Origin: Eledone cirrhosa
Lineage: Eukaryota
Assembly: GCA_964016885.1 (NCBI GenBank)
Contig: CAXHJY010000769.1
Location: 62,001 to 126,000 of the forward strand
DNA: 64,000 nt
Reading direction: 5' to 3'
The position numbers and the translations under genes were made by a program. Below are positions 1-15,000 of the stretch, in pieces (the first letter of the stretch is position 1; each line of letters opens with the position of its first letter). The notes beneath the pieces were generated by a model. The model was not told where the DNA came from. It did no database searches and saw only the letters and a list, made by a program, of their open reading frames with translations.

Positions 1-3000
1 TGTAACATGAGTAGACAAGAAGACAAGAAGGATGACAGACTGTTGTAACATGAGTAGACAAGAAGACAAGAGAGATGACAGACTGTTGTAACATGAGTAG
101 ACAAGAAGACAAGAAAGACAGACTGTTGTAAGATGAGTAGACAAGAAGAGAAGAAAGATGACAGACTGTTGTAACATGAGTAGACAAGAAGACAAGAGAG
201 ATGACAGACTGTTGTAACATGAGTAGAGAAGAAGGATGACAGACTGTTGTAACATGAGTAGACAAGAAGACAAGAAAGATGACACTGTTGTAACATGAGT
301 AGACAAGAAGACAAGAAGGATGACAGACTGTTGTTACATGAGTAGACAAGAAGACAAGAAGGATGACAGACTGTTGTAACATGAGTAGACAAGAAGACAA
401 GAAGGATGACAGACTGTTGTAACATGAGTGGACAAGAAGACAAGAAGTATGACAGACTGTTGTAACATGAGTAGACAAGAAGACAAGAGAGATGACAGAC
501 TGTTGTAACATGAGTAGACAAGAAGACAAGAAAGATGACAGACTGTTGTAACATGAGTAGACAAGAAGACAAGAAAGATGACAGACTGTTGTAACATGAG
601 TAGACAAGAAGACAAGAAGGATGACAGACTGTTGTATACATGAGTAGACAAGAAGACAAGAGAGATGACAGACTGTTGTAACATGAATAGACAAGAAGAC
701 AAGAGAGATGACACTGTTGTAACATGAGTAGACAAGAAGACAAGAAAGATGACACTGTTGTAACATGAGTAGATAAGAAGACAAGAAGGATGACAGACTG
801 TTGTAACATGAGTAGACAAGAAGACAAGAAGGATGACAGACTGTTGTTACATGAGTAGACAAGAAGACAAGAAAGATGACAGACTGTTGTAACATGAGTA
901 GACAAGAAGACAAGAAAGATGACAGACTGTTGTAACATGAGTAGACAAGAAGACAAGAAGACAAGAAAGATGACAGACTGTTGTAACATGAGTAGACAAG
1001 AAGACAAGAAGGATGACAGACTGTTGTAACATGAGTAGACAAGAAGACAAGAGAGATGACAGACTGTTGTAACATGAGTAGACAAGAAGACAAGAAGGAT
1101 GACAGACTGTTGTAACATGAATAGACAAGAAGACAAGAGAGATGACAGACTGTTGTAACATGAGTAGACAAGAAGACAAGAAAGATGACAGACTGTTGTA
1201 ACATGAGTAGACAAGAAGACAAGAGAGATGACAGACTGTTGTAACATGAGTAGACAAGAAGACAAGAGAGATGACAGACTGTTGTAACATGAGTAGACAA
1301 GAAAGATGACAGACTGCTGTAACATGAGTAGACAAGAAGACAAGAGAGATGACAGACTGTTGTAACATGAGTAGACAAGAAGACAAGAAAGATGACACTG
1401 TTGTAACATGTGAAGACAAGAAGACAAGAAAGATGACAGACTGTTGTAACATGAGTAGACAAAAAGACAAGAAAGATGACAGACTGTTGTAACATGAGTA
1501 GACAAGAAGACAAGAGAGATGACAGACTGTTGTAACATGAGTAGACAAGAAGACAAGAAGGATGACAGACTGTTGTAACATGAATAGACAAGAAGACAAG
1601 AGAGATGACAGACTGTTGTAACATGAGTAGACAAGAAGACAAGAAAGATGACAGACTGTTGTAACATGAGTAGACAAGAAGACAAGAGAGATGACAGACT
1701 GTTGTAACATGAGTAGACAAGAAGACAAGAAGGATGACAGACTGTTGTAACATGAATAGACAAGAAGACAAGAGAGATGACAGACTGTTGTAACATGAGT
1801 AGACAAGAAGACAAGTATGATGACAGACTGTTGTAACATGAGTAGACAAGAAGACAAAAGAGATGACACTGTTGTAACATGAGTAGACAAGAAGACAAGA
1901 AGGATGACAGTCTGTTGTAAGATGAGTAGACAAGAAGACAAGAAGGATGACAGACTGTTGTAACATGAGTAGACAAGAAGACAAGAAGGATGACAGACTG
2001 TTGTAACATGAGTAGACAAGAAGACAAGAAGGATGACAGACTGTTGTAACATGAGTAGACAAGAAGACAAGAAGGATGACAGACTGTTGTAACATGAGTA
2101 GACAAGAAGACAAGAGAGATGACAGACTGTTGTAACATGAGTAGACAAGAAGACAAGAAAGACAGACTGTTGTAACATGAGTAGACAAGAAGACAAGAAA
2201 GATGACAGACTGTTGTAACATGAGTAGACAAGAAGACAAGAAGGATGACAGACTGTTGTAACATGAGTAGACAAGAAGACAAGAGAGATGACTGACTGTT
2301 GTAACATGAGTAGACAAGAAGATAAGAAAGATGACACTGTTGTAAGATGAGTAGACAAGAAGACAAGGATGACAGACTGTTGTAAGATGAGTAGACAAGA
2401 AGACAAGAAGGATGACAGACTGTTGTAACATGAGTAGACAAGAAGACAAGAAGGATGACAGACTGTTGTAAGATGAGTAGACAAGAAGACAAGAAGGATG
2501 ACAGACTGTTGTAACATGAGTAGACAAGAAGACAAGAAAGATGACAGACTGTTGTAACATGAGTAGACAAGAAGACAAGAAGGATGACAGACTGTTGTAA
2601 CATGAATAGACAAGAAGACAAGAGAGATGACACTGTTGTAACATGAGTAGACAAGAAGACAAGAAGGATGACAGACTGTTGTAACATGAGTAGACAAGAA
2701 GACAAGAAGGATGACAGACTGTTGTTACATGAGTAGAAGAGAAGACAAGAGAGATGACAGACTGTTGTAACATGAGTAGACAAGAAGACAAGAAGGATGA
2801 CAGACTGTTGTAACATGAGTAGACAAGAAGACAAGAAAGATGACAGACTGTTGTAACATGAGTAGACAAGAAGACAAGAAGGATGACAGACTGTTGTAAC
2901 ATGAGTAGACAAGAAGACAAGAGAGATGACAGACTGTTGTAACATGAGTAGACAAGAAGACAAGAGAGATGACAGACTGTTGTAACATGAGTAAACAAGA

Positions 3001-6000
3001 AGACAAGAGAGATGACACTGTTGTAACATGAGTAGACAAGAAGACAAGAAAGATGACAGACTGTTGTAACATGAGTAGACAAGAAGACAAGAAGGATGAC
3101 AGACTGTTGTAACATGAGTAGACAAGAAGACAAGAGAGATGACAGACTGTTGTAACATGAATAGACAAGAAGACAAGAGAGATGACACTGTTGTAACATG
3201 AGTAGACAAGAAGAGAAAGATGACAGACTGTTGTAACATGAGTAGACAAGAAGACAAGAAAGATGACAGACTGTTGTAACATGAGTAGACAAGAAGACAA
3301 GTATGATGACAGACTGTTGTAACATGAGTAGACAAGAAGACAAGAGAGATGACACTGTTGTAACATAAGAAGACAAGAAAGATGACACTGTTGTAACATG
3401 AGTAGACAAGAAGACAAGAAGGATGACAGACTGTTGTAAGATGAGTAGACAAGAAGACGAGAAGGATGACAGACTGTTGTAACATGAGTAGACAAGAAGA
3501 CAAGAAGGATGACAGACTGTTGTAACATGAGTAGACAAGAAGACAAGAAGGATGACAGACTGTTGTAACATGAGTAGACAAGAAGACAAGAAGGATGACA
3601 GACTGTTGTAACATGAGTAGACAAGAAGACAAGAGAGATGACAGACTGTTGTAACATGAGTAGACAAGAAGACAAGAGAGATGACAGACTGTTGTAACAT
3701 GAATAGACAAGAAGACAAGAGAGATGACACTGTTGTAACATGAGTAGACAAGAAGACAAGAAAGATGACAGACTGTTGTAACATGAGTAGACAAGAAGAC
3801 AAGAGAGATGACAGACTGTTGTAACATGAGTAGACAAGAAGACAAGAAGGATGACAGACTGTTGTAACATGAATAGACAAGAACACAAGAGAGATGACAG
3901 ACTGTTGTAACATGAGTAGACAAGAAGACAAGAAAGATGACAGACTGTTGTAACATGAGTAGACAAGAAGACAAGAAGGATGACAGACTGTTGTAACATG
4001 AGTAGACAAGAAGACAAGAGAGATGACAGACTGTTGTAACATGAGTAGACAAGAAGACAAGAAAGACAGACTGTTGTAAGATGAGTAGACAAGAAGAGAA
4101 GAAAGATGACAGACTGTTGTAACATGAGTAGACAAGAAGACAAGAGAGATGACAGACTGTTGTAACATGAGTAGAGAAGAAGGATGACAGACTGTTGTAA
4201 CATGAGTAGACAAGAAGACAAGAAAGATGACACTGTTGTAACATGAGTAGACAAGAAGACAAGAAGGATGACAGACTGTTGTTACATGAGTAGACAAGAA
4301 GACAAGAAGGATGACAGACTGTTGTAACATGAGTAGACAAGAAGACAAGAAGGATGACAGACTGTTGTAACATGAGTGGACAAGAAGACAAGAAGTATGA
4401 CAGACTGTTGTAACATGAGTAGACAAGAAGACAAGAGAGATGACAGACTGTTGTAACATGAGTAGACAAGAAGACAAGAAAGATGACAGACTGTTGTAAC
4501 ATGAGTAGACAAGAAGACAAGAAAGATGACAGACTGTTGTAACATTAGACAAGAAGACAAGAAGGATGACAGACTGTTGTATACATGAGTAGACAAGAAG
4601 ACAAGAGAGATGACAGACTGTTGTAACATGAATAGACAAGAAGACAAGAGAGATGACACTGTTGTAACATGAGTAGACAAGAAGACAAGAAAGATGACAC
4701 TGTTGTAACATGAGTAGATAAGAAGACAAGAAGGATGACAGACTGTTGTAACATGAGTAGACAAGAAGACAAGAAGGATGACAGACTGTTGTTACATGAG
4801 TAGACAAGAAGACAAGAAAGATGACAGACTGTTGTAACATGAGTAGACAAGAAGACAAGAAAGATGACAGACTGTTGTAACATGAGTAGACAAGAAGACA
4901 AGAAGACAAGAAAGATGACAGACTGTTGTAACATGAGTAGACAAGAAGACAAGAAGGATGACAGACTGTTGTAACATGAGTAGACAAGAAGACAAGAGAG
5001 ATGACAGACTGTTGTAACATGAGTAGACAAGAAGACAAGAAGGATGACAGACTGTTGTAACATGAATAGACAAGAAGACAAGAGAGATGACAGACTGTTG
5101 TAACATGAGTAGACAAGAAGACAAGAAAGATGACAGACTGTTGTAACATGAGTAGACAAGAAGACAAGAGAGATGACAGACTGTTGTAACATGAGTAGAC
5201 AAGAAGACAAGAGAGATGACAGACTGTTGTAACATGAGTAGACAAGAAAGATGACAGACTGCTGTAACATGAGTAGACAAGAAGACAAGAGAGATGACAG
5301 ACTGTTGTAACATGAGTAGACAAGAAGACAAGAAAGATGACACTGTTGTAACATGTGAAGACAAGAAGACAAGAAAGATGACAGACTGTTGTAACATGAG
5401 TAGACAAAAAGACAAGAAAGATGACAGACTGTTGTAACATGAGTAGACAAGAAGACAAGAGAGATGACAGACTGTTGTAACATGAGTAGACAAGAAGACA
5501 AGAAGGATGACAGACTGTTGTAACATGAATAGACAAGAAGACAAGAGAGATGACAGACTGTTGTAACATGAGTAGACAAGAAGACAAGAAAGATGACAGA
5601 CTGTTGTAACATGAGTAGACAAGAAGACAAGAGAGATGACAGACTGTTGTAACATGAGTAGACAAGAAGACAAGAAGGATGACAGACTGTTGTAACATGA
5701 ATAGACAAGAAGACAAGAGAGATGACAGACTGTTGTAACATGAGTAGACAAGAAGACAAGTATGATGACAGACTGTTGTAACATGAGTAGACAAGAAGAC
5801 AAGAGAGATGACACTGTTGTAACATGAGTAGACAAGAAGACAAGAAGGATGACAGACTGTTGTAAGATGAGTAGACAAGAAGACAAGAAAGACAGACTGT
5901 TGTAAGATGAGTAGACAAGAAGACAAGAAAGATGACAGACTGTTGTAACATGAGTAGACAAGAAGACAAGAGAGATGACAGACTGTTGTAACATGAGTAG

Positions 6001-9000
6001 AGAAGAAGGATGACAGACTGTTGTAAGATGAGTAGACAAGAAGACAAGAAGGATGACAGACTGTTGTAACATGAGTAGACAAGAAGACAAGAAGGATGAC
6101 AGACTGTTGTAACATGAGTAGACAAGAAGACAAGAGAGATGACAGACTGTTGTAACATGAGTAGACAAGAAGACAAGAAAGACAGACTGTTGTAACATGA
6201 GTAGACAAGAAGACAAGAAAGATGACAGACTGTTGTAACATGAGTAGACAAGAAGACAAGAAGGATGACAGACTGTTGTAACATGAGTAGACAAGAAGAC
6301 AAGAAAGATGACACTGTTGTAACATGAGTAGACAAGAAGACAAGAAAGATGACAGACTGTTGTAACATGAGTAGACAAGAAGACAAGAAAGATGACAGAC
6401 TGTTGTAACATGAGTAGACAAGAAGACAAGAAGGATGACAGACTGTTGTAACATGAGTAGACAAGACAAGAAAGATGACACTGTTGTAACATGAGTAGAC
6501 AAGAAGACAAGAAGGATGACAGACTATTGTAACATGAGTAGACAAGAAGACAAGAAGGATGACAGACTGTTGTAACATGAATAGACAAGAAGACAAGAGA
6601 GATGACAGACTGTTGTAACATGAGTAGACAAGAAGAGAAGTATGATGACAGACTGTTGTAACATGAGTAGACAAGAAGACAAAAGAGATGACACTGTTGT
6701 AACATGAGTAGACAAGAAGACAAGAAGGATGACAGTCTGTTGTAAGATGAGTAGACAAGAAGACAAGAAAGACAGACTGTTGTAAGATGAGTAGACAAGA
6801 AGAGAAGAAAGATGACAGACTGTTGTAACATGAGTAGACAAGAAGACAAGAGAGATGACAGACTGTTGTAAGATGAGTAGACAAGAAGACAAGAAGGATG
6901 ACAGACTGTTGTAAGATGAGTAGACAAGAAGACAAGAAGGATGACAGACTGTTGTAAGATGAGTAGACAAGAAGACAAGAAGGATGACAGACTGTTGTAA
7001 CATGAGTAGACAAGAAGACAAGAAGGATGACAGACTGTTGTAACATGAGTAGACAAGAAGACAAGAGAGATGACAGACTGTTGTAACATGAGTAGACAAG
7101 AAGACAAGAAAGACAGACTGTTGTAACATGAATAGACAAGAAGACAAGAGAGATGACAGACTGTTGTAACATGAGTAGACAAGAAGACAAGTATGAATGA
7201 CAGACTGTTGTAACATGAGTAGAGAATAAAACAAGAGAGATGACACTGTTGTAACATGAGTAGACAAGAAGCCAAGAAGGATGACAGACTGTTGTAAGAT
7301 GAGTAGACAAGAAGACAAGAAGGATGACAGACTGTTGTAACATGAGTAGACAAGAAGACAAGAGAGATGACAGACTGTTGTAACATGAGTAGACAAGAAG
7401 ACAAGAAGGATGACAGACTGTTGTAACATGAATAGACAAGAAAACAAGAGAGATGACAGACTGTTGTAACATGAGTAGACAAGAAAGATGACAGACTGTT
7501 GTAACATGAGTAGACAAGAAGACAAGAGAGATGACAGACTGTTGTAACATGAGTAGACAAGAAGACAAGAGAGATGACAGACTGTTGTAACATGAGTAGA
7601 CAAGAAGACAAGAGAGATGACAGACTGTTGTAACATGAGTAGACAAGAAGACAAGAAAGATGAAAGACTGTTGTAACATGAGTAGACAAGAAGACAAAAA
7701 AGATGACAGACTGTTGTAACATGAGTAGACAAGAAGACAAGAGAGATGACAGACTGTTGTAAGATGAGTAGACAAGAAGACAAGAAGGATGACAGACTGT
7801 TGTAACATGAGTAGACAAGAAGACAAGAAGGATGACAGACTGTTGTAAGATGAGCAGACAAGAAGACAAGAAGGATGACAGACTGTTGTAAGATGAGTAG
7901 ACAAGAAGACAAGAAGGATGACAGACTGTTGTAACATGAGTAGACAAGAAGACAAGAAGGATGACAGACTGTTGTAAGATGAGCAGACAAGAAGACAAGA
8001 AGGATGACAGACTGTTGTAAGATGAGTAGACAAGAAGACAAGAAAGATGACAGACTGTTGTAACATGAGTAGACAAGAAGACAAGAGAGATGACAGACTG
8101 TTGTAACATGAGTAGACAAGAAGACAAGAAGGATGACAGACTGTTGTAACATGAGTAGACAAGAAGACAAGAGAGATGACAGACTGTTGTAACATGAGTA
8201 GACAAGAAGACAAGAAAGATGACAGACAGTTGTAACATGAGTAGACATGAAGACAAGAAGCATGACACTGTTGTAACACGAGTAGACAAGAAGACAAGAA
8301 GGATGACAGGCTGTTGTAACATGAGTAGAGAAGAAGACAAGAAGGATGACACTGTTGTAACATGAATAGACAAGAAGACAAGAGAGATGACAGACTGTTG
8401 TAACACGAGTAGACAAGAAGGATGACAGACTGTGTAACATTAGTAGACAAGAAGACAAGAAGGATGACAGACTGTTGTAAGATGAGTAGACAAGAAGACA
8501 AGAAGGATGACAGACTGTTGTAACATGAGTAGACAAGAAGACAAGAGAGATGAGAGACTGTTGTAACATGAGTAGACAAGAAGACAAGAAAGATGACACT
8601 GTTGTAACATGAGTAGACAAGAAAGATGACAGACTGTTGTAACATGAGTAGACAAGAAGACAAGAAGGATGACAGACTATTGTAACATGAGTAGACAAGA
8701 AGACAAGAGAGATGACAGACTGTTGTAACATGAGTAGACAAGAAGACAAGAAAGATGACACTGTGGTAACATGAGTAGACAAGAAGACAAGAAGGATGAC
8801 AGACTGTTGTAACATGAATAGACAAGAAGACAAGAGAGATGACAGACTGTTGTAACATGAGTAGACAAGAAGACAAGAAAGATGACAGACTGTTGTAACA
8901 TGAGTAGACAAGAAGACAAGAGAGATGACAGACTGTTGTAACATGAGTAGACAAGAAGACAAGAAGGATGACAGACTGTTGTAACATGAATAGACAAGAA

Positions 9001-12000
9001 GACAAGAGAGATGACAGACTGTTGTAACATGAGTAGACAAGAAGACAAGTATGATGACAGACTGTTGTAACATGAGTAGACAAGAAGACAAGAGAGATGA
9101 CACTGTTGTAACATGAGTAGACAAGAAGACAAGAAGGATGACAGACTGTTGTAAGATGAGTAGACAAGAAGACAAGAAAGACAGACTGTTGTAAGATGAG
9201 TAGACAAGAAGACAAGAAAGATGACAGACTGTTGTAACATGAGTAGACAAGAAGACAAGAGAGATGACAGACTGTTGTAACATGAGTAGAGAAGAAGGAT
9301 GACAGACTGTTGTAAGATGAGTAGAGAAGAAGACAAGAAGGATGACAGACTGTTGTAACATGAGTAGACAAGAAGACAAGAAGGATGACAGACTGTTGTA
9401 ACATGAGTAGACAAGAAGACAAGAGAGATGACAGACTGTTGTAACATGAGTAGACAAGAAGACAAGAAAGACAGACTGTTGTAACATGAGTAGACAAGAA
9501 GACAAGAAAGATGACAGACTGTTGTAACATGAGTAGACAAGAAGACAAGAAGGATGACAGACTGTTGTAACATGAGTAGACAAGAAGACAAGAAAGATGA
9601 CACTGTTGTAACATGAGTAGACAAGAAGACAAGAAAGATGACAGACTGTTGTAACATGAGTAGACAAGAAGACAAGAAAGATGACAGACTGTTGTAACAT
9701 GAGTAGACAAGAAGACAAGAAGGATGACAGACTGTTGTAACATGAGTAGACAAGACAAGAAAGATGACACTGTTGTAACATGAGTAGACAAGAAGACAAG
9801 AAGGATGACAGACTATTGTAACATGAGTAGACAAGAAGACAAGAAGGATGACAGACTGTTGTAACATGAATAGACAAGAAGACAAGAGAGATGACAGACT
9901 GTTGTAACATGAGTAGACGAGAAGAGAAGTATGATGACAGACTGTTGTAACATGAGTAGACAAGAAGACAAAAGAGATGACACTGTTGTAACATGAGTAG
10001 ACAAGAAGAGAAGAAGGATGACAGTCTGTTGTAAGATGAGTAGACAAGAAGACAAGAAAGACAGACTGTTGTAAGATGAGTAGACAAGAAGAGAAGAAAG
10101 ATGACAGACTGTTGTAACATGAGTAGACAAGAAGACAAGAGAGATGACAGACTGTTGTAAGATGAGTAGACAAGAAGACAAGAAGGATGACAGACTGTTG
10201 TAAGATGAGTAGACAAGAAGACAAGAAGGATGACAGACTGTTGTAAGATGAGTAGACAAGAAGACAAGAAGGATGACAGACTGTTGTAACATGAGTAGAC
10301 AAGAAGACAAGAAGGATGACAGACTGTTGTAACATGAGTAGACAAGAAGACAAGAGAGATGACAGACTGTTGTAACATGAGTAGACAAGAAGACAAGAAA
10401 GACAGACTGTTGTAACATGAATAGACAAGAAGACAAGAGAGATGACAGACTGTTGTAACATGAGTAGACAAGAAGACAAGAAGGATGACAGACTGTTGTA
10501 ACATGAGTAGACAAGAAGACAAGAGAGATGACAGACTGTTGTAACATGAGTAGACAAGAAGACAAGAAAGATGACAGACAGTTGTAACATGAGTAGACAT
10601 GAAGACAAGAAGCATGACACTGTTGTAACACGAGTAGACAAGAAGACAAGAAGGATGACAGGCTGTTGTAACATGAGTAGAGAAGAAGACAAGAAGGATG
10701 ACACTGTTGTAACATGAATAGACAAGAAGACAAGAGAGATGACAGACTGTTGTAACACGAGTAGACAAGAAGGATGACAGACTGTGTAACATTAGTAGAC
10801 AAGAAGACAAGAAGGATGACAGACTGTTGTAAGATGAGTAGACAAGAAGACAAGAAGGATGACAGACTGTTGTAACATGAGTAGACAAGAAGACAAGAGA
10901 GATGAGAGACTGTTGTAACATGAGTAGACAAGAAGACAAGAAAGATGACACTGTTGTAACATGAGTAGACAAGAAGGATGACAGATTGTTGTAAGATGAG
11001 TAGACAAGAAGACAAGAAGGATGACAGACTGTTGTAACATGAGTAGACAAAAAGACAAGAGAGATGACAGACTGTTGTAACATGAGTAGACAAGAAAGAT
11101 GACAGACTGTTGTAACATGAGTAGACAAGAAGACAAGAAGGATGACAGACTATTGTAACATGAGTAGACAAGAAGACAAGAGAGATGACAGACTGTTGTA
11201 ACATGAGTAGACAAGAAGACAAGAAAGATGACACTGTGGTAACATGAGTAGACAAGAAGACAAGAAGGATGACAGACTGTTGTAACATGAATAGACAAGA
11301 AGACAAGAGAGATGACAGACTGTTGTAACATGAGTAGACAAGAAGACAAGAAAGATGACAGACTGTTGTAACATGAGTAGACAAGAAGACAAGAGAGATG
11401 ACAGACTGTTGTAACATGAGTAGACAAGAAGACAAGAAGGATGACAGACTGTTGTAACATGAATAGACAAGAAGACAAGAGAGATGACAGACTGTTGTAA
11501 CATGAGTAGACAAGAAGACAAGTATGATGACAGACTGTTGTAACATGAGTAGACAAGAAGACAAGAGAGATGACACTGTTGTAACATGAGTAGACAAGAA
11601 GACAAGAAGGATGACAGACTGTTGTAAGATGAGTAGACAAGAAGACAAGAAAGACAGACTGTTGTAAGATGAGTAGACAAGAAGACAAGAAAGATGACAG
11701 ACTGTTGTAACATGAGTAGACAAGAAGACAAGAGAGATGACAGACTGTTGTAACATGAGTAGAGAAGAAGGATGACAGACTGTTGTAAGATGAGTAGACA
11801 AGAAGACAAGAAGGATGACAGACTGTTGTAACATGAGTAGACAAGAAGACAAGAAGGATGACAGACTGTTGTAACATGAGTAGACAAGAAGACAAGAGAG
11901 ATGACAGACTGTTGTAACATGAGTAGACAAGAAGACAAGAAAGACAGACTGTTGTAACATGAGTAGACAAGAAGACAAGAAAGATGACAGACTGTTGTAA

Positions 12001-15000
12001 CATGAGTAGACAAGAAGACAAGAAGGATGACAGACTGTTGTAACATGAGTAGACAAGAAGACAAGAAAGATGACACTGTTGTAACATGAGTAGACAAGAA
12101 GACAAGAAAGATGACAGACTGTTGTAACATGAGTAGACAAGAAGACAAGAAAGATGACAGACTGTTGTAACATGAGTAGACAAGAAGACAAGAAGGATGA
12201 CAGACTGTTGTAACATGAGTAGACAAGACAAGAAAGATGACACTGTTGTAACATGAGTAGACAAGAAGACAAGAAGGATGACAGACTATTGTAACATGAG
12301 TAGACAAGAAGACAAGAAGGATGACAGACTGTTGTAACATGAATAGACAAGAAGACAAGAGAGATGACAGACTGTTGTAACATGAGTAGACAAGAAGAGA
12401 AGTATGATGACAGACTGTTGTAACATGAGTAGACAAGAAGACAAAAGAGATGACACTGTTGTAACATGAGTAGAGAAGAAGACAAGAAGGATGACAGTCT
12501 GTTGTAAGATGAGTAGACAAGAAGACAAGAAAGACAGACTGTTGTAAGATGAGTAGACAAGAAGAGAAGAAAGATGACAGACTGTTGTAACATGAGTAGA
12601 CAAGAAGACAAGAGAGATGACAGACTGTTGTAAGATGAGTAGACAAGAAGACAAGAAAGACAGACTGTTGTAACATGAATAGACAAGAAGACAAGAGAGA
12701 TGACAGACTGTTGTAACATGAGTAGACAAGAAGACAAGTATGAATGACAGACTGTTGTAACATGAGTAGAGAATAAGACAAGAGAGATGACACTGTTGTA
12801 ACATGAGTAGACAAGAAGCCAAGAAGGATGACAGACTGTTGTAAGATGAGTAGACAAGAAGACAAGAAGGATGACAGACTGTTGTAAGATGAGTAGACAA
12901 GAAGACAAGAAGGATGACAGACTGTTGTAAGATGAGTAGACAAGAAGACAAGAAGGATGACAGACTGTTGTAACATGAGTAGACAAGAAGACAAGAAGGA
13001 TGACAGACTGTTGTAACATGAGTAGACAAGAAGACAAGAGAGATGACAGACTGTTGTAACATGAGTAGACAAGAAGACAAGAAAGACAGACTGTTGTAAC
13101 ATGAATAGACAAGAAGACAAGAGAGATGACAGACTGTTGTAACATGAGTAGACAAGAAGACAAGTATGAATGACAGACTGTTGTAACATGAGTAGAGAAT
13201 AAGACAAGAGAGATGACACTGTTGTAACATGAGTAGACAAGAAGCCAAGAAGGATGACAGACTGTTGTAAGATGAGTAGACAAGAAGACAAGAAGGATGA
13301 CAGACTGTTGTAACATGAGTAGACAAGAAGACAAGAGAGATGACAGACTGTTGTAACATGAGTAGACAAGAAGACAAGAAGGATGACAGACTGTTGTAAC
13401 ATGAATAGACAAGAAAACAAGAGAGATGACAGACTGTTGTAACATGAGTAGACAAGAAGACAAGAAAGATGACAGACTGTTGTAACATGAGTAGACAAGA
13501 AGACAAAAAAGATGACAGACTGTTGTAACATGAGTAGACAAGAAGACAAGAGAGATGACAGACTGTTGTAACATGAGTAGACAAGAAGACAAGAAAGATG
13601 AAAGACTGTTGTAACATGAGTAGACAAGAAGACAAAAAAGATGACAGACTGTTGTAACATGAGTAGACAAGAAGACAAGAGAGATGACAGACTGTTGTAA
13701 GATGAGTAGACAAGAAGACAAGAAGGATGACAGACTGTTGTAACATGAGTAGACAAGAAGACAAGAAGGATGACAGACTGTTGTAACATGAGTAGACAAG
13801 AAGACAAGAAAGATGAAAGACTGTTGTAACATGAGTAGACAAGAAGACAAAAAAGATGACAGACTGTTGTAACATGAGTAGACAAGAAGACAAGAGAGAT
13901 GACAGACTGTTGTAAGATGAGTAGACAAGAAGACAAGAAGGATGACAGACTGTTGTAACATGAGTAGACAAGAAGACAAGAAGGATGACAGACTGTTGTA
14001 AGATGAGCAGACAAGAAGACAAGAAGGATGACAGACTGTTGTAAGATGAGTAGACAAGAAGACAAGAAGGATGACAGACTGTTGTAACATGAGTAGACAA
14101 GAAGACAAGAAGGATGACAGACTGTTGTAAGATGAGCAGACAAGAAGACAAGAAGGATGACAGACTGTTGTAAGATGAGTAGACAAGAAGACAAGAAAGA
14201 TGACAGACTGTTGTAACATGAGTAGACAAGAAGACAAGAGAGATGACAGACTGTTGTAACATGAGTAGACAAGAAGACAAGAAGGATGACAGACTGTTGT
14301 AACATGAGTAGACAAGAAGACAAGAGAGATGACAGACTGTTGTAACATGAGTAGACAAGAAGACAAGAAAGATGACAGACAGTTGTAACATGAGTAGACA
14401 TGAAGACAAGAAGCATGACACTGTTGTAACACGAGTAGACAAGAAGACAAGAAGGATGACAGGCTGTTGTAACATGAGTAGAGAAGAAGACAAGAAGGAT
14501 GACACTGTTGTAACATGAATAGACAAGAAGACAAGAGAGATGACAGACTGTTGTAACACGAGTAGACAAGAAGGATGACAGACTGTGTAACATTAGTAGA
14601 CAAGAAGACAAGAAGGATGACAGACTGTTGTAAGATGAGTAGACAAGAAGACAAGAAGGATGACAGACTGTTGTAACATGAGTAGACAAGAAGACAAGAG
14701 AGATGAGAGACTGTTGTAACATGAGTAGACAAGAAGACAAGAAAGATGACACTGTTGTAACATGAGTAGACACGAAGACAAGAAGGATGACAGATTGTTG
14801 TAAGATGAGTAGACAAGAAGACAAGAAGGATGACAGACTGTTGTAACATGAGTAGACAAAAAGACAAGAGAGATGACAGACTGTTGTAACATGAGTAGAC
14901 AAGAAAGATGACAGACTGTTGTAACATGAGTAGACAAGAAGACAAGAAGGATGACAGACTATTGTAACATGAGTAGACAAGAAGACAAGAGAGATGACAG

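Noticed and set aside
1-43. Short dyads in the monomer (ACAG-A-CTGT, TGTT-GT-AACA) and AGAC boxes as protein-binding sites
   Set aside because: 4-bp arms and 4-mers are expected by chance, and there is no independent support.
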